Positions 8,783 through 18,111 of a DNA stretch of 64,000 nucleotides are shown piece after piece. Within the stretch, counting starts at the first letter, position 1. Every line of letters begins with the position of its first letter. Under the pieces are notes generated by a model that worked only from the letters and a program-made list of their open reading frames with translations, was not told the DNA's origin and made no database searches. Position numbers and translations under genes: made by a program. This DNA comes from an uncultured Bacteroidales bacterium (lineage in GTDB: Bacteria; Bacteroidota; Bacteroidia; Bacteroidales; Muribaculaceae), in the NCBI GenBank assembly GCA_902781045.1, contig CACZHT010000005.1, positions 19,085 through 83,084 on the forward strand, written 5' to 3'.

Positions 8783-10376
8783 CCTAAATTCCGCAGCACT
8801 TTAGTTTAACTTTATTTACAAGTTCTTGAGCAACAAAAAGTTGCCCAGGATTTTGCCATGTCAGATTTTTCACTTACTTTAGTGCTGCATTCAATGACAA
8901 GCAAAAATCATCAATGACATGGCAAAGATAAGCATAAAATCTGAGAAAATCACTCCTTTTGGAGGAATTTTTCACATGAGAGAGCTTTTTTCGCGTTTCG
9001 CAGGTCCGGTTATCGACAAAGTACTGGGTTTGCGGTGCACGTCATACGGCTATCAGTACAGTGAGATTGTAGCTTCATTGTCAAGCGTTTACTTCTGTGG
9101 CGGCGACTGTGTGGAGGACGTGACAAGCCACCTGATGCCACATCTCTCGCTTCATCCAACCCTGCGCACATGCAGCTCTGACACCATTCTCAGGGGAATC
9201 TCTGAGCTGAGCTGCGCCAACACGACCTATACCTCTGACACGGGAAAGAGCTATGACTTCAATCCAGCCTCGAAACTGAACACCCTGCTTGTCAAGACAC
9301 TGCTGCACACAGGCCAGCTTGTGGCCGGTGAATCATACGACTTGGACTTCGACCACCAGTTCATTGAGACGGAGAAGTATGACGCAAAGATGACCTACAA
9401 GAAGTTCAGAGGCTACAGCCCCGGCATTGCCGTCATTGGCGACCTCATCGTCGGCATAGAGAACCGCGACGGTAACACCAACGTGCGCTTCCACCAGGCC
9501 GACACGCTGGAGCGCATCTTCTCGAACCTTGAGCAGAACGACATCCGCATCAAGCGCGCACGGATGGACTGCGGCTCATGCTCACGCGAGATAGTGGAAA
9601 CCGTCGAGAAGCACTCCGAGCACTTCTACATCCGTGCCAACCGCTGCAGCTCACTTTATGACAGTCTGCTGACACTGCGCGGATGGCAGCGCGAAGAAAT
9701 CAACGGCATTGAGTATGAACTGAATTCCATCATCGTCGAGAAGTGGGAGGGCAAGGCTTACCGCCTCGTCGTACAGCGGGAGCGCCGCAACAGCGGCGAG
9801 CTGGACTTGTGGGAGGGAGAATACTCGTACCGCTGCATTCTGACCAACGACCACACCTCAACCAATCGTGAGATTGTGGAGTTCTATAATCTCAGGGGCG
9901 GCAAGGAGCGCATCTTCGACGATATGAACAACGGATTCGGATGGGCCAGGCTGCCAAAGTCCTTCATGGCTGAGAACACCGTGTTCCTGCTGCTGACGGC
10001 TCTCATACGAAACTTCTACAGGTTCCTCATGGGCAGGCTTGACTCAAAAGCCTTCGGACTGAAGAACACGAGCCGGATCAAAGCCTTCGTGTTCAAGTTC
10101 ATCAGCGTGCCAGCCAAGTGGATAAGGACGGCTAGGCACTATGAGCTGAACATCTACACGGACAATCAGGCATATCTAACACCTTTTGAAATCACTGACG
10201 GATGAGTATTCGACTTCGAGGATTAAGAACAGCATAAAACCCCTGTACTGCTTGACGGGGTAAGGGGAAACTGTGTGCGAATCACACGTAATCGTTGCTG
10301 TAGGGGCGGGAGATTACTCTGAAGGAGGGCCAGACGGCAAAATTAGTCCGAATGACTATTAGTTGCGGATTTTAGG
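8783..10376 (+). mobile_element. IS1380-family insertion sequence, complete
   Basis: Terminal inverted repeats cctaaattccgcagc (8783-8797) and gttgcggattttagg (10362-10376), 13/15 matching. Flanked by AATAA direct repeats at 8778-8782 and 10377-10381. Single transposase ORF. Confidence 0.9.
8919..10205 (+). CDS. IS1380-family DDE transposase
   Basis: ITPFGG, YDLDFD, RARMDCG, FYIRA, YNLRGGKERIFDDMNNGFGW and F..N.VFLLL motifs typical of Bacteroides IS1380 transposases. Confidence 0.92.
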   Translation: MAKISIKSEKITPFGGIFHMRELFSRFAGPVIDKVLGLRCTSYGYQYSEIVASLSSVYFCGGDCVEDVTSHLMPHLSLHPTLRTCSSDTILRGISELSCANTTYTSDTGKSYDFNPASKLNTLLVKTLLHTGQLVAGESYDLDFDHQFIETEKYDAKMTYKKFRGYSPGIAVIGDLIVGIENRDGNTNVRFHQADTLERIFSNLEQNDIRIKRARMDCGSCSREIVETVEKHSEHFYIRANRCSSLYDSLLTLRGWQREEINGIEYELNSIIVEKWEGKAYRLVVQRERRNSGELDLWEGEYSYRCILTNDHTSTNREIVEFYNLRGGKERIFDDMNNGFGWARLPKSFMAENTVFLLLTALIRNFYRFLMGRLDSKAFGLKNTSRIKAFVFKFISVPAKWIRTARHYELNIYTDNQAYLTPFEITDG

Positions 10377-10577
10377 AATAACTGAAGCTTGTAAGTGAAA
10401 AGCCGAAAAGCTTCCCCACATTTTCTAAGGTCATTGACGGCTTCGCCCTAAGCTATAAGCTCCACGTTGTGGTTTGTGGAGTAGGATGGCGTTTGTGGCG
10501 ATTTGGAACATTGCGCTGTCACATTTTTACCATTTTCAGGACACAGGTGAAAATGCAGTCAAAAATTCATTATAATA

Positions 10578-10609
10578 TTTGTGCAGTTCGAATGTTTTAT
10601 CTAATTTTG
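10578..10609 (+). promoter_or_regulatory. Promoter of the capsule operon, with a ~150-nt leader before upxY
   Basis: TTTG-N20-TAATTTTG. An 8-bp inverted repeat cattttca-N9-tgaaaatg (10531-10555) lies just upstream. Confidence 0.65.
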
Positions 10610-10772
10610 CAGCAATTTTCAATCTCTTTCAAGGGAGATTTTGAAAGAAATGTCTTTTTATGTCACTGATATTCAGTACAATAAGACTCTATTCTATACG
10701 TTTTTATGCGAGTCTCCATGCACTCTTGTGTGGTGACCCCAAGGTTTTGTTTCCACTTGTCACCCTGCCCTG

Positions 10773-11348
10773 ATGCTCAAGCGTTCTGATGTGCATTGGT
10801 TTCCCATGCGTGTTAGCTACTCCAGTGCGCCACGCCTGGCACGACTCAAGGATTTGCTTGAGCAGGACGAAGCGGTGCAGGCAACCTATGTCGCCATGCA
10901 GTACAAGAAGGTGCGTGGTGTCATGAAGTTCACCCCGGCTGTCGAAAACCTGATTTTCGTCCGTTCAAGCCTTGACCGGCTGAGTGTGATAAAACGCACA
11001 GGACCCTTTGTCGTGCTGCGTTACATCATGCACCCGGTCATTGAGAACGATGGCTGGAAGCACACCGAGCCGCTGATGGTGCCCGACACCCACATGGACG
11101 ACTTTATCCGGGTCACGGCCGAGGCCAACGACAAGGTCATCTATCTTGACAACCTTGATTTTGCCTGCAGGCCGGGACTGCGGGTGCAAATCACTGATGG
11201 TACCTTTGCCGGTGTGACGGGGGTCATCAAGCGCATCCAAGGCAATGTTTGTGTGGTCATACCCATCCAGCACACCATTGCGGCGGCAATCACCGGCATC
11301 CCACGCAAGCACTTGCGCTATCTCCCCGACAACGAACCAGATAATTAA
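10773..11348 (+). CDS. upxY: UpxY-family (NusG-like) transcription antiterminator
   Basis: W(F)PMRVSY, P.VENLIFVRSS, VPD.HMDDF and KOW motif RVQITDGTFAGVTG. First gene of a polysaccharide locus. Confidence 0.88.
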   Translation: MLKRSDVHWFPMRVSYSSAPRLARLKDLLEQDEAVQATYVAMQYKKVRGVMKFTPAVENLIFVRSSLDRLSVIKRTGPFVVLRYIMHPVIENDGWKHTEPLMVPDTHMDDFIRVTAEANDKVIYLDNLDFACRPGLRVQITDGTFAGVTGVIKRIQGNVCVVIPIQHTIAAAITGIPRKHLRYLPDNEPDN

Positions 11349-11370
11349 TCAAACAATCTCAACGAATATT

Positions 11371-12171
11371 ATGAAGAAGCAGTCACTTCTGGCGACAGCA
11401 TTTGTCGCCATGTTGCTTTATAGCTGCAAAACCCCCAACGTCGGCTATATATCCGATGTGAAGAATGGCCAGACCGATGCCATCGCTCAGGTATTGGACA
11501 TCAGGTTCAAACCCGATGACAAGATTTGCATCATCATCAAGAGCCAGGATTCAAGGCTCAGTGAACTTTTCAATCTGCCCATCTACACCCTGCGAGTGGG
11601 GTGGGGCAACAGCTCGTCGCAGTACATGTCGGCTTACACCATCGACCCCGATGGCAATATCGATTTCCCCGTGCTGGGAACGATGCATATTGCTGGCATG
11701 TCAAGGCACGAGGTTGAACAGCTTGTCAAGAACGAGTTGCTCACTCGCAAGCTGGTCAACGACCCGCACGTTACGGTTGAGTTTGGCAATATGGCCATCA
11801 ATGTCATGGGCGAGGTTAACAAGCCTGGACGTTATGAGTTCGACCGCGACCACATCACTGTGCTCGATGCATTGAGCATGGCCGGCGATTTGACCATTTT
11901 GGGGCAGCGCGATAGTGTTAAGGTGGTACGCTCCAACGGGGTCAACCAGACCACAACCTATGTCCTCAACTTGCAGAAAGCCGATGAGTTATATTCATCG
12001 CCGGCATTCTATCTGCAGCAGAACGACGTGGTCTATGTCACCCCCAACGTGTATCGTGCGCGCCAGTCGGTGGTCAACGGCAATAATGTTTACTCAACAT
12101 CTTTCTGGATTTCGGTTGCCTCGTTGGTCACATCGGTGACGTCGGTCATCTTCATGATTGTCAAAAAATAA
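11371..12171 (+). CDS. wza: Polysaccharide export outer-membrane lipoprotein (Wza-like)
   Basis: Lipobox LLYSC, DGNIDFPVLG, VMGEVNKPG, DALSMAGDLT and C-terminal amphipathic helix. Start moved to ATG 11371. Confidence 0.88.
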   Translation: MKKQSLLATAFVAMLLYSCKTPNVGYISDVKNGQTDAIAQVLDIRFKPDDKICIIIKSQDSRLSELFNLPIYTLRVGWGNSSSQYMSAYTIDPDGNIDFPVLGTMHIAGMSRHEVEQLVKNELLTRKLVNDPHVTVEFGNMAINVMGEVNKPGRYEFDRDHITVLDALSMAGDLTILGQRDSVKVVRSNGVNQTTTYVLNLQKADELYSSPAFYLQQNDVVYVTPNVYRARQSVVNGNNVYSTSFWISVASLVTSVTSVIFMIVKK

Positions 12172-12186
12172 CCTCCTGAAATAGTT

Positions 12187-14610
12187 ATGGCAGTAACCAA
12201 AAAAGTGTCTTCCGATCGCCATCAGTCTGGCGAGTATCTGCGGTTGCAGGATCTTTTTTCGATTTGTCTCGAGCACAAATTGTGGTTTTTCATCTCGTTG
12301 GTGGTGTGCTTGGGCTTGGCCTTTGCCTACTTGTTGTGCACACAGCCTGTGTATACTCGTTCATCGGCCGTGCAGGTCAAGAAGGAGGGTAAGAGTGACA
12401 AGTCGCTGGCTTCTGAACTAAGCTCGGTTTCAGGCATGGGCGTGTTCAGCAGCAGTTCCAATGTTCGCAACGAGTTGGTATATTTCCAGTCTCCCGACCT
12501 GATTATGGAGGTGGTCAAGCGTCTGGGAGTAGATGTGTCCTATACCACAGACGGAACGTTCCATAAGCAGACACTCTATGGGCAGACGTTGCCTGTGACA
12601 CTCTCTTTCCGCAGCATGGCTTACCATGACAACGGCTCATGTACAGCGTCGCTAACTAAGGACGGAACTGTAACCCTTAGTAATTTCAAACGTAATGGAG
12701 ACAAATGCGGCGATGGGAAACCCATTACCGCCAAGGTCAACACTGAGGTCAAGACCCCACTCGGTAATGTTATGGTCGCTGCCAACGACAACTATGCTGC
12801 ACTGGTCGGCGACAAGATGGATGTATATGTCCATCGCACGAACCTCATGTCGGCTGTTACAGCCTATAAGTCGAAACTGACTGTTGTGCTCGATGATAAG
12901 ATGAACGACATCATAGACCTCTCGTTCAGTGATGTCAACATCCAGCGAGCTGAGGATTTCCTCAATATGCTGGTCGCGGTGTACAACGAGAACTGGATCA
13001 AAGACAAGAACCAGATTGCAGTCAGCACTTCCGAGTTTATCGGCGAGCGACTGGCTGTCATTGAGAACGACCTGGGTAATGTCGATAATGACATCTCTTC
13101 TTATAAGAGCTCAAACCTCGTGCCAGATGTCGATGCTGCGTCCCACATGGCCATGACCACAGCAAACCAAGCGAGTGTGCAGATTTCTGACCTGAGTAAC
13201 AAACTCTACATGGCGCGCTATGTGCGTGAACATGTCAAGAAGTCGGGCAACTCGCAGCTGTTGCCTGCCAACTCGGGAATCAACGCCCCTGCTATCGAGG
13301 CACAGATTAGCGACTATAACTCCAAGTTGCTACAGCGCAACAGCTTGGTGTCAAACAGTAGCGAGGACAACCCACTGGCTGTCGAGATGGACAAGCAGCT
13401 CACATCAATGCGCGCTGCGCTCATCTCCTCGCTGGACAATCAGGTGAGCACCTTTGAGGCGCAAATCCGGGGGTTACGCTCGGTCGAGGGCACCAACACG
13501 TCCAAGATGGCCAGCAACCCCTCGCAGGCCAAGTACCTCCTCTCGGTTGAACGACAGCAGAAGGTCAAGGAGTCGCTCTATCTCTTCCTCCTGCAAAAAC
13601 GCGAGGAGAACGAACTTTCGCAGGCCTTTACGTCCTATAACACCCGTATCATCATGTCGCCCACAGGGCCAATGTCGCCCACATCGCCCAACCGCAAACG
13701 CGTCTTCATGGCAGCACTGCTGTTGGGATTGCTCATCCCCATGGGGTTGCTCTACATTCGCGAGAACATGAACAATCGTGTACGTGGGCGCAAAGATCTT
13801 GATGGAATGGAGACTCCCCTTGTGGGCGAAATCCCACAGTATGGTCGCCGTGACAAGCGTTCACTCCTCGACCGCATTACCGGCAACAAGCGGCGTGAAG
13901 ACCACTACCAGATTGTCATCAAACCTAAGAGTCACAACGTCATCAACGAGGCGTTCCGTATCGTGCGCACCAACATTGAGTTCATGGGGCAGTCGCAGGA
14001 TCGCAAGGTCTATATGGTCACTTCGGCCAATCCCCAGTCGGGCAAGACGTTTGTCTCGATGAACCTGGCCATGACTTTCAGTATCAAGGGGCTGCGTGTA
14101 GCTGTCGTTGACCTTGACCTGCGTCGCGCATCGCTTTCATGTTATGTCCAGTCGCCCAATATCGGTGTTTCAGGATATCTCAATGGCAAGTTTGACAACT
14201 GGAGAGACATCGTCGTACCAATTACCAGCAATGAGGGCAAGCTTGACGTGATTCCCGTTGGAGCCATTCCGCCCAACCCAGCAGAGTTGCTGTTCAGCCC
14301 CAAGCTCGAGCAGCTCATCACTGAGCTGCGTGAGCAATATGACATCGTTTTTCTCGATTGCCCGCCCGTTGAGTTGGTGGCCGATGCCAATGTCATCGCA
14401 CGTTGGGCCGACATGACGCTCTTTGTTATCCGTGCCGGCCTCATGGTTCGCGACATGCTTCCCTCTATCGATGAGTTCTATACCGACAAGAAGTTCAACA
14501 ACATGGCTCTGATACTCAACGGTACAGAAACCGAGCATAGTCGATACGGTTATGGCTACGGATATGGTTACGGATATGGCTATTCTTATAGTGGTTATAC
14601 CGACAAATGA
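12187..14610 (+). CDS. wzc: Polysaccharide co-polymerase / BY tyrosine kinase (Wzc-like)
   Basis: Two TM segments, coiled-coil periplasmic region, Walker A SANPQSGKT, VVDLDLRR, FLDCPP, and a C-terminal cluster of 9 tyrosines. Confidence 0.92.
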   Translation: MAVTKKVSSDRHQSGEYLRLQDLFSICLEHKLWFFISLVVCLGLAFAYLLCTQPVYTRSSAVQVKKEGKSDKSLASELSSVSGMGVFSSSSNVRNELVYFQSPDLIMEVVKRLGVDVSYTTDGTFHKQTLYGQTLPVTLSFRSMAYHDNGSCTASLTKDGTVTLSNFKRNGDKCGDGKPITAKVNTEVKTPLGNVMVAANDNYAALVGDKMDVYVHRTNLMSAVTAYKSKLTVVLDDKMNDIIDLSFSDVNIQRAEDFLNMLVAVYNENWIKDKNQIAVSTSEFIGERLAVIENDLGNVDNDISSYKSSNLVPDVDAASHMAMTTANQASVQISDLSNKLYMARYVREHVKKSGNSQLLPANSGINAPAIEAQISDYNSKLLQRNSLVSNSSEDNPLAVEMDKQLTSMRAALISSLDNQVSTFEAQIRGLRSVEGTNTSKMASNPSQAKYLLSVERQQKVKESLYLFLLQKREENELSQAFTSYNTRIIMSPTGPMSPTSPNRKRVFMAALLLGLLIPMGLLYIRENMNNRVRGRKDLDGMETPLVGEIPQYGRRDKRSLLDRITGNKRREDHYQIVIKPKSHNVINEAFRIVRTNIEFMGQSQDRKVYMVTSANPQSGKTFVSMNLAMTFSIKGLRVAVVDLDLRRASLSCYVQSPNIGVSGYLNGKFDNWRDIVVPITSNEGKLDVIPVGAIPPNPAELLFSPKLEQLITELREQYDIVFLDCPPVELVADANVIARWADMTLFVIRAGLMVRDMLPSIDEFYTDKKFNNMALILNGTETEHSRYGYGYGYGYGYGYSYSGYTDK

Positions 14611-14646
14611 CGCAAACAAATAATTACTCTTAATATTAAACATTAG

Positions 14647-15960
14647 ATGAAAGAAATCTTACTTAAAAAAATTGCAGACCATCAGATTGTGGCTGGCGTT
14701 GTCGGTCTGGGTTATGTTGGTCTGCCCTTGGCCGTAGAGAAGGCTAAGGCGGGTTTTCGCACCATCGGCTTCGATGTGCAGCAAGAGAAAGTTGACTTAG
14801 TTAATTCGGGGCACAACTACATTGGTGATGTCGTTGACAGTGACCTCAAACAGCTGGTCGAAAAGGGTATGCTCCGTGCTACCACTGACTTTAGCGAGAT
14901 TTCCAATGTCGACTTCGTAGCCATTTGTGTGCCAACACCCCTTGATGCGCACCAGCAGCCTGACATCAGCTATGTTGAGTCTTCGGCTCGGTCTATTGCT
15001 AAGTATTTGCACCGTGGCATGATGGTCGTTCTTGAGTCGACGACTTATCCTGGCACTACTGAGGAATTGATTAAACCAATTCTTGAGACTTCTGGTCTTA
15101 AGTGTGGAGAGGATTTCTACTTGGGTTTCTCGCCCGAACGTGTCGACCCAGGAAACGCTCAGTTCAAGACCAAAAATACACCCAAGGTGGTGGGCGGTCT
15201 CGGTGCGGATGCGAGCGAGGTGATATCAGCGATGTACGAAGCGGTACTTCAGAGTGATGTGTTCCGTGCTTCGTCGCCCGCAGTAGCCGAGATGACTAAG
15301 ATTCTTGAAAACACTTATCGAAACATCAACATTGGACTCATCAACGAGCTGGCCATTTTGTGCAACCGCATGAACATTAACCTGTGGGAGGTCATTGAGG
15401 CTGCCAAAACTAAACCATTCGGTTTCACTCCATTCTATCCCGGTCCAGGTCTGGGAGGCCACTGTATTCCCCTTGATCCATACTACTTGAGCTGGAAGGC
15501 GCGTGAATATGGTTTCCACACATCGATGATTGAGGCTTCGATGATGGTCAACGATCGGATGCCTGAGTATTGTGTGGCACGTACAGCTGATATACTCAAC
15601 CGCCGATTCCAGAAATCGCTCAGCGGGAGTCGTGTGCTTGTGCTGGGTGTGGCCTACAAGCAGGACATCGACGACTATCGTGAGTCTCCGGCAATCCGCG
15701 TCATCGAGCGACTGAAGATGAAAGGAGCCGAAGTGGTCTTCTACGATCCTTTCATACCCAAGTTCCGTGATCATGGGAAGAACTATGTGGGCGAACCGGC
15801 TCTGACTGCCGAGTTGATTGAGAGTGCCGACATCGTTGTAATCACTGCATCGCACAGCACAATCGACTATGACTTTGTTCAGAGTCACGCACGTGCAATC
15901 TTTGACACCAAGAACGTCACTAAGGACGTTAAAGACAAGAGCAATATTGAGGTTCTTTAA
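14647..15960 (+). CDS. wbpA: UDP-N-acetylglucosamine 6-dehydrogenase (WbpA/WbpO-like)
   Basis: GLGYVGLPLA, ICVPTP, LESTTYPGTT, FSPERVDPGN, GPGLGGHCIPLDP and GVAYKQDIDDYRESPA. Confidence 0.88.
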   Translation: MKEILLKKIADHQIVAGVVGLGYVGLPLAVEKAKAGFRTIGFDVQQEKVDLVNSGHNYIGDVVDSDLKQLVEKGMLRATTDFSEISNVDFVAICVPTPLDAHQQPDISYVESSARSIAKYLHRGMMVVLESTTYPGTTEELIKPILETSGLKCGEDFYLGFSPERVDPGNAQFKTKNTPKVVGGLGADASEVISAMYEAVLQSDVFRASSPAVAEMTKILENTYRNINIGLINELAILCNRMNINLWEVIEAAKTKPFGFTPFYPGPGLGGHCIPLDPYYLSWKAREYGFHTSMIEASMMVNDRMPEYCVARTADILNRRFQKSLSGSRVLVLGVAYKQDIDDYRESPAIRVIERLKMKGAEVVFYDPFIPKFRDHGKNYVGEPALTAELIESADIVVITASHSTIDYDFVQSHARAIFDTKNVTKDVKDKSNIEVL

Positions 15961-15978
15961 CCAAAAATAAAGCCTTGT

Positions 15979-16084
15979 TGCGATATATGGACTACCCCGA
16001 TGTGTATACCAAACTAAGCATGGATTACACATCGGGGCAAATTCTCATTATATGGGAATTGTTTTTAGAATCTTTTATATCGCA
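15979..16084 (+). other. Nested inverted-repeat structure between wbpA and wbpD
   Basis: Outer tgcgatata / tatatcgca enclose a 12-bp perfect stem ccccgatgtgta / tacacatcgggg and a second stem aattctcat / atgggaatt. Confidence 0.5.
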
Positions 16085-16158
16085 TACTTGTAAACAGTTA
16101 TGAGGCACGTTCTATATTTTATCACATTAATAATTCATCACACATCCATTGCTATAAA

Positions 16159-16710
16159 ATGATTCATCCCTCTAGCTTTATCGACGATGATGTTCAGATT
16201 GGCCAGGGTACCAACGTCTGGCATTTTTGCCACATTCAGCGTGGTGCGCGACTGGGCTGCAACTGCTCTTTAGGTCAGAACGTCAACATTGGCAACAATG
16301 TCATCATTGGCAACGGCGTACGCATCCAGAACAATGTGTCGGTCTACGAGGGTGTCGAGATTGAGGACAATGTCTTCTGCGGCCCTTCGTGTGTGTTCAC
16401 CAATGTTGTCACACCGCGCGCACACTTTCCCGTTCATGGCATCTATGCTCGCACACTCATCCGCGAGGGGGCTTCACTCGGCGCCAACTGCACTGTCGTT
16501 TGTGGACATACTGTGGGGCGCAGTGCACTCATCGCTGCCGGGGCTGTTGTCACTCGTGACGTCAAGGACTATGCTCTCATGGCAGGTGTGCCTGCCCGTC
16601 AGATTGGCTGGGTGTGTGAGTGTGGTAAAAGGTTGGACGATTCGCTGCAGTGCTCTTGTGGGCGCCGTTATCATCACGATGCCACCACTGACACCTTGAC
16701 ACAAGAATGA
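16159..16710 (+). CDS. wbpD: Hexapeptide-repeat N-acetyltransferase (WbpD-like)
   Basis: [59 protein letters not shown]. Confidence 0.88.
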   Translation: MIHPSSFIDDDVQIGQGTNVWHFCHIQRGARLGCNCSLGQNVNIGNNVIIGNGVRIQNNVSVYEGVEIEDNVFCGPSCVFTNVVTPRAHFPVHGIYARTLIREGASLGANCTVVCGHTVGRSALIAAGAVVTRDVKDYALMAGVPARQIGWVCECGKRLDDSLQCSCGRRYHHDATTDTLTQE

Positions 16711-16773
16711 ACTGATTTGACTTCATTCTCTGGTAGAATGATTAAATGAATTTTTGTTTTTCAATTTTTAGTT

Positions 16774-17922
16774 TTGAAGCAAGTGCAATTTCGCGATTTA
16801 AAACAACAATATCAGGCTCTCAAAGCCGAAATCGACCAAGCCATGATTGAAGTCGCAACATCTGGTGCTTTCATCATGGGCCCGCAAGTCAAAGTGCTTG
16901 AGCAACAGCTTGCCCAATATGTCGGCGTAAATCACTGCATCAGTTGTGCCAACGGCACCGATGCGCTGACTCTTGCGCTAAAGGTGTGGGGGGTCGGCCC
17001 CGGCGATGCCGTCTTTGTGCCTGATTTCACGTTCTTTTCTTCGGCCGAAGTAGTGAGCCTTGAGGGGGCAACACCCATTTTTGTCGATGTCAATGCCGAC
17101 ACTTTCAATGTTGATCCCACCGATTTGGAGCGTGCCATTCGTCAAGTTATTGACGAGGGAAAGCTCAGACCGCGTGTCATCATTGCTGTTGACCTCTTCG
17201 GTCTGCCTGCCGATTATCCGGCCATACGTCAAGTGGCCGACCGTTACAGTCTGTTTATCCTTGAGGATGGTGCACAGGGCTTCGGTGGTTCCATCGGCAA
17301 TCAGCGTGCTTGCAGTTTTGGTGATATCGCCACAACATCTTTCTTCCCGGCCAAACCTCTGGGCTGCTATGGCGATGGTGGAGCTGTGTTTACAAATAAT
17401 GATGAATGGGCCATGCTTGCCGACTCCTATCGTGTACATGGCAAGGGTGCGTTCAAGTATGATAACGTGCGCATCGGTCTCAACTCGCGACTTGATACAC
17501 TACAAGCTGCCATCCTGCAAGTCAAGCTCAAGGCGTTTGCCGATTATGAGCTGGAGGCCGTCAATCGTGTAGCCGAGTGCTATACATCAATGCTGGGCGG
17601 AAAGGTCAAGACTCCGGACATTCCCGATGGGTTTGGCTCTAGCTGGGCGCAGTACACCATTCAGCTTGACAATCGTGACATGCGAGACTCGCTTCAGGCG
17701 GCACTAAAATCTAAAGGTATACCGGCTATGGTCTATTATCCAACGCCTATGCACTTGCAGACCGCCTTCAGGTCATTGCAAACAAAGCAGAATGGCTCTG
17801 TCGCATCACAATGTCCAGTCTCGGCACTGTTGAGCCAAACCGTCCTCTCACTCCCCATGCATCCATACTTGTCGGACGACGACGTGGCAACAATTTGCAA
17901 TGCAATCTTCACATCGCTGTAA
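16774..17922 (+). CDS. wbpE: DegT/DnrJ/EryC1/StrS PLP aminotransferase (WbpE-like)
   Basis: ANGTDAL, VDLFG, EDGAQGFG, SFFPAKPLGCYGDGGA, NSRLDTLQAA. TTG start. Confidence 0.88.
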   Translation: MKQVQFRDLKQQYQALKAEIDQAMIEVATSGAFIMGPQVKVLEQQLAQYVGVNHCISCANGTDALTLALKVWGVGPGDAVFVPDFTFFSSAEVVSLEGATPIFVDVNADTFNVDPTDLERAIRQVIDEGKLRPRVIIAVDLFGLPADYPAIRQVADRYSLFILEDGAQGFGGSIGNQRACSFGDIATTSFFPAKPLGCYGDGGAVFTNNDEWAMLADSYRVHGKGAFKYDNVRIGLNSRLDTLQAAILQVKLKAFADYELEAVNRVAECYTSMLGGKVKTPDIPDGFGSSWAQYTIQLDNRDMRDSLQAALKSKGIPAMVYYPTPMHLQTAFRSLQTKQNGSVASQCPVSALLSQTVLSLPMHPYLSDDDVATICNAIFTSL

Positions 17923-18111
17923 CATCCTCTGGTAGCATTAATGTAAATGTCGTCATGGCATTGTAGCATTATGCTTCAAAAAGGAGTCTATAATAGAGTA
18001 GTGCGCACCAATCAGGCACATGAAGTCAATCGGATTTCATAAAGTGTCCATTCGGTGCATGATGCATCTTGCATATTGTGAAATCAAACATTTCATGCGA
18101 ATCAAATTTTT

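Noticed and set aside
10381-10772. Invertible (phase-variable) capsule promoter as in Bacteroides fragilis
   Set aside because: No inverted-repeat pair flanking the promoter was found, only short local hairpins, and there is no recombinase nearby.
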